Positions 63,864 through 64,000 of a stretch of 64,000 nt of DNA are shown one piece after another. The notes under the pieces were generated by a model that saw only the letters and a program-made list of their open reading frames with translations, had not been told where the DNA came from and searched no databases. The position numbers and the translations under genes are program-made. Position 1 is the first letter of the stretch. The number at the start of each line of letters is the position of its first letter. This DNA comes from Conchiformibius steedae (GTDB lineage Bacteria; Pseudomonadota; Gammaproteobacteria; Burkholderiales; Neisseriaceae), in NCBI RefSeq assembly GCF_014054725.1, contig NZ_CP059563.1, positions 893,749 to 957,748 of the forward strand, read 5' to 3'.

Positions 63864-64000
63864 ATCTTGTTGTTTAGTGGGGGCGGGCGGGGCGCAGTTT
63901 GTGCGACAACACCAGATTGCGCTTGAGCGGCAGGGGGTGGGCGTGGTGGTCCTGCAGGGCAAAAAACCAGTAGGCGCGTTGGTTTTTTTGGTAGGGGTGG
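63864..64000 (-). CDS. 3' end of an unidentified gene, truncated by the window edge
   Basis: open frame on the minus strand ending ...LKRNLVLSHKLRPARPH*. Confidence 0.25.

Overview
This is a 64 kb chromosomal window from a GC-rich Neisseriaceae genome. The family assignment is an inference from the DNA-uptake-sequence dialect (AGGCTGCCTGAA / AAGCTGCCTGAA, often as inverted pairs forming terminators), which points to a Simonsiella/Alysiella/Kingella-type organism. It is supported by Neisseria hallmarks: lipid-modified azurin (laz), rmpM, and the pilF-pilG-pilD-coaE-zapD arrangement. Most of the window is housekeeping. It contains the tail of an aryl-polyene-type KS-DH-KR-KS cluster, then sodB, laz, recG, yqaA, hemJ, pheS, pheT, ihfA, tRNA-Pro, mnmG, msbA, fpr, rlmE, ftsH, hslR, rph, lpxH, panB, rmpM, a LysR regulator, yihY, zapD, coaE, pilD, pilG, pilF, mtgA, aroE, hisC, hisB, gdhA, hemC, an amino-acid ABC ATPase, rsmA, gmhB, an LOS-type GT8/GT9 glycosyltransferase locus, an alpha/beta hydrolase and yjgA. 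The accessory or unusual content is: (1) an AT-rich ~2.4 kb insertion between pheS and pheT. It encodes a DUF4291 protein and a HepT-like HEPN protein carrying an Rx4HxY motif. It also encodes a minimal nucleotidyltransferase (MntA-like) fused in frame to a HARE-HTH-like region and a candidate PD-(D/E)xK nuclease-like C-terminal region. That gene is split by an imperfect 169-bp tandem duplication. I regard this as the best candidate for an undescribed TA/defence-type module. (2) a tight array of non-canonical tRNA-like genes with AU-rich acceptor stems directly after ftsH, followed by a GC-rich inverted-repeat-bounded non-coding element. (3) a 660-aa TM-less protein with three internal repeats preceding a bona fide SPFH/band-7 domain. 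(4) an AT-rich island encoding a secreted or membrane protein with 46-aa TPR-like repeats and 33-bp DNA repeats. (5) an opposite-strand membrane-protein gene wedged between hisC and hisB. (6) two copies of a ~100-bp MITE-like repeat and several operator-like palindromes. No CRISPR array, no rRNA, and no long homopolymeric phase-variation tracts were seen.
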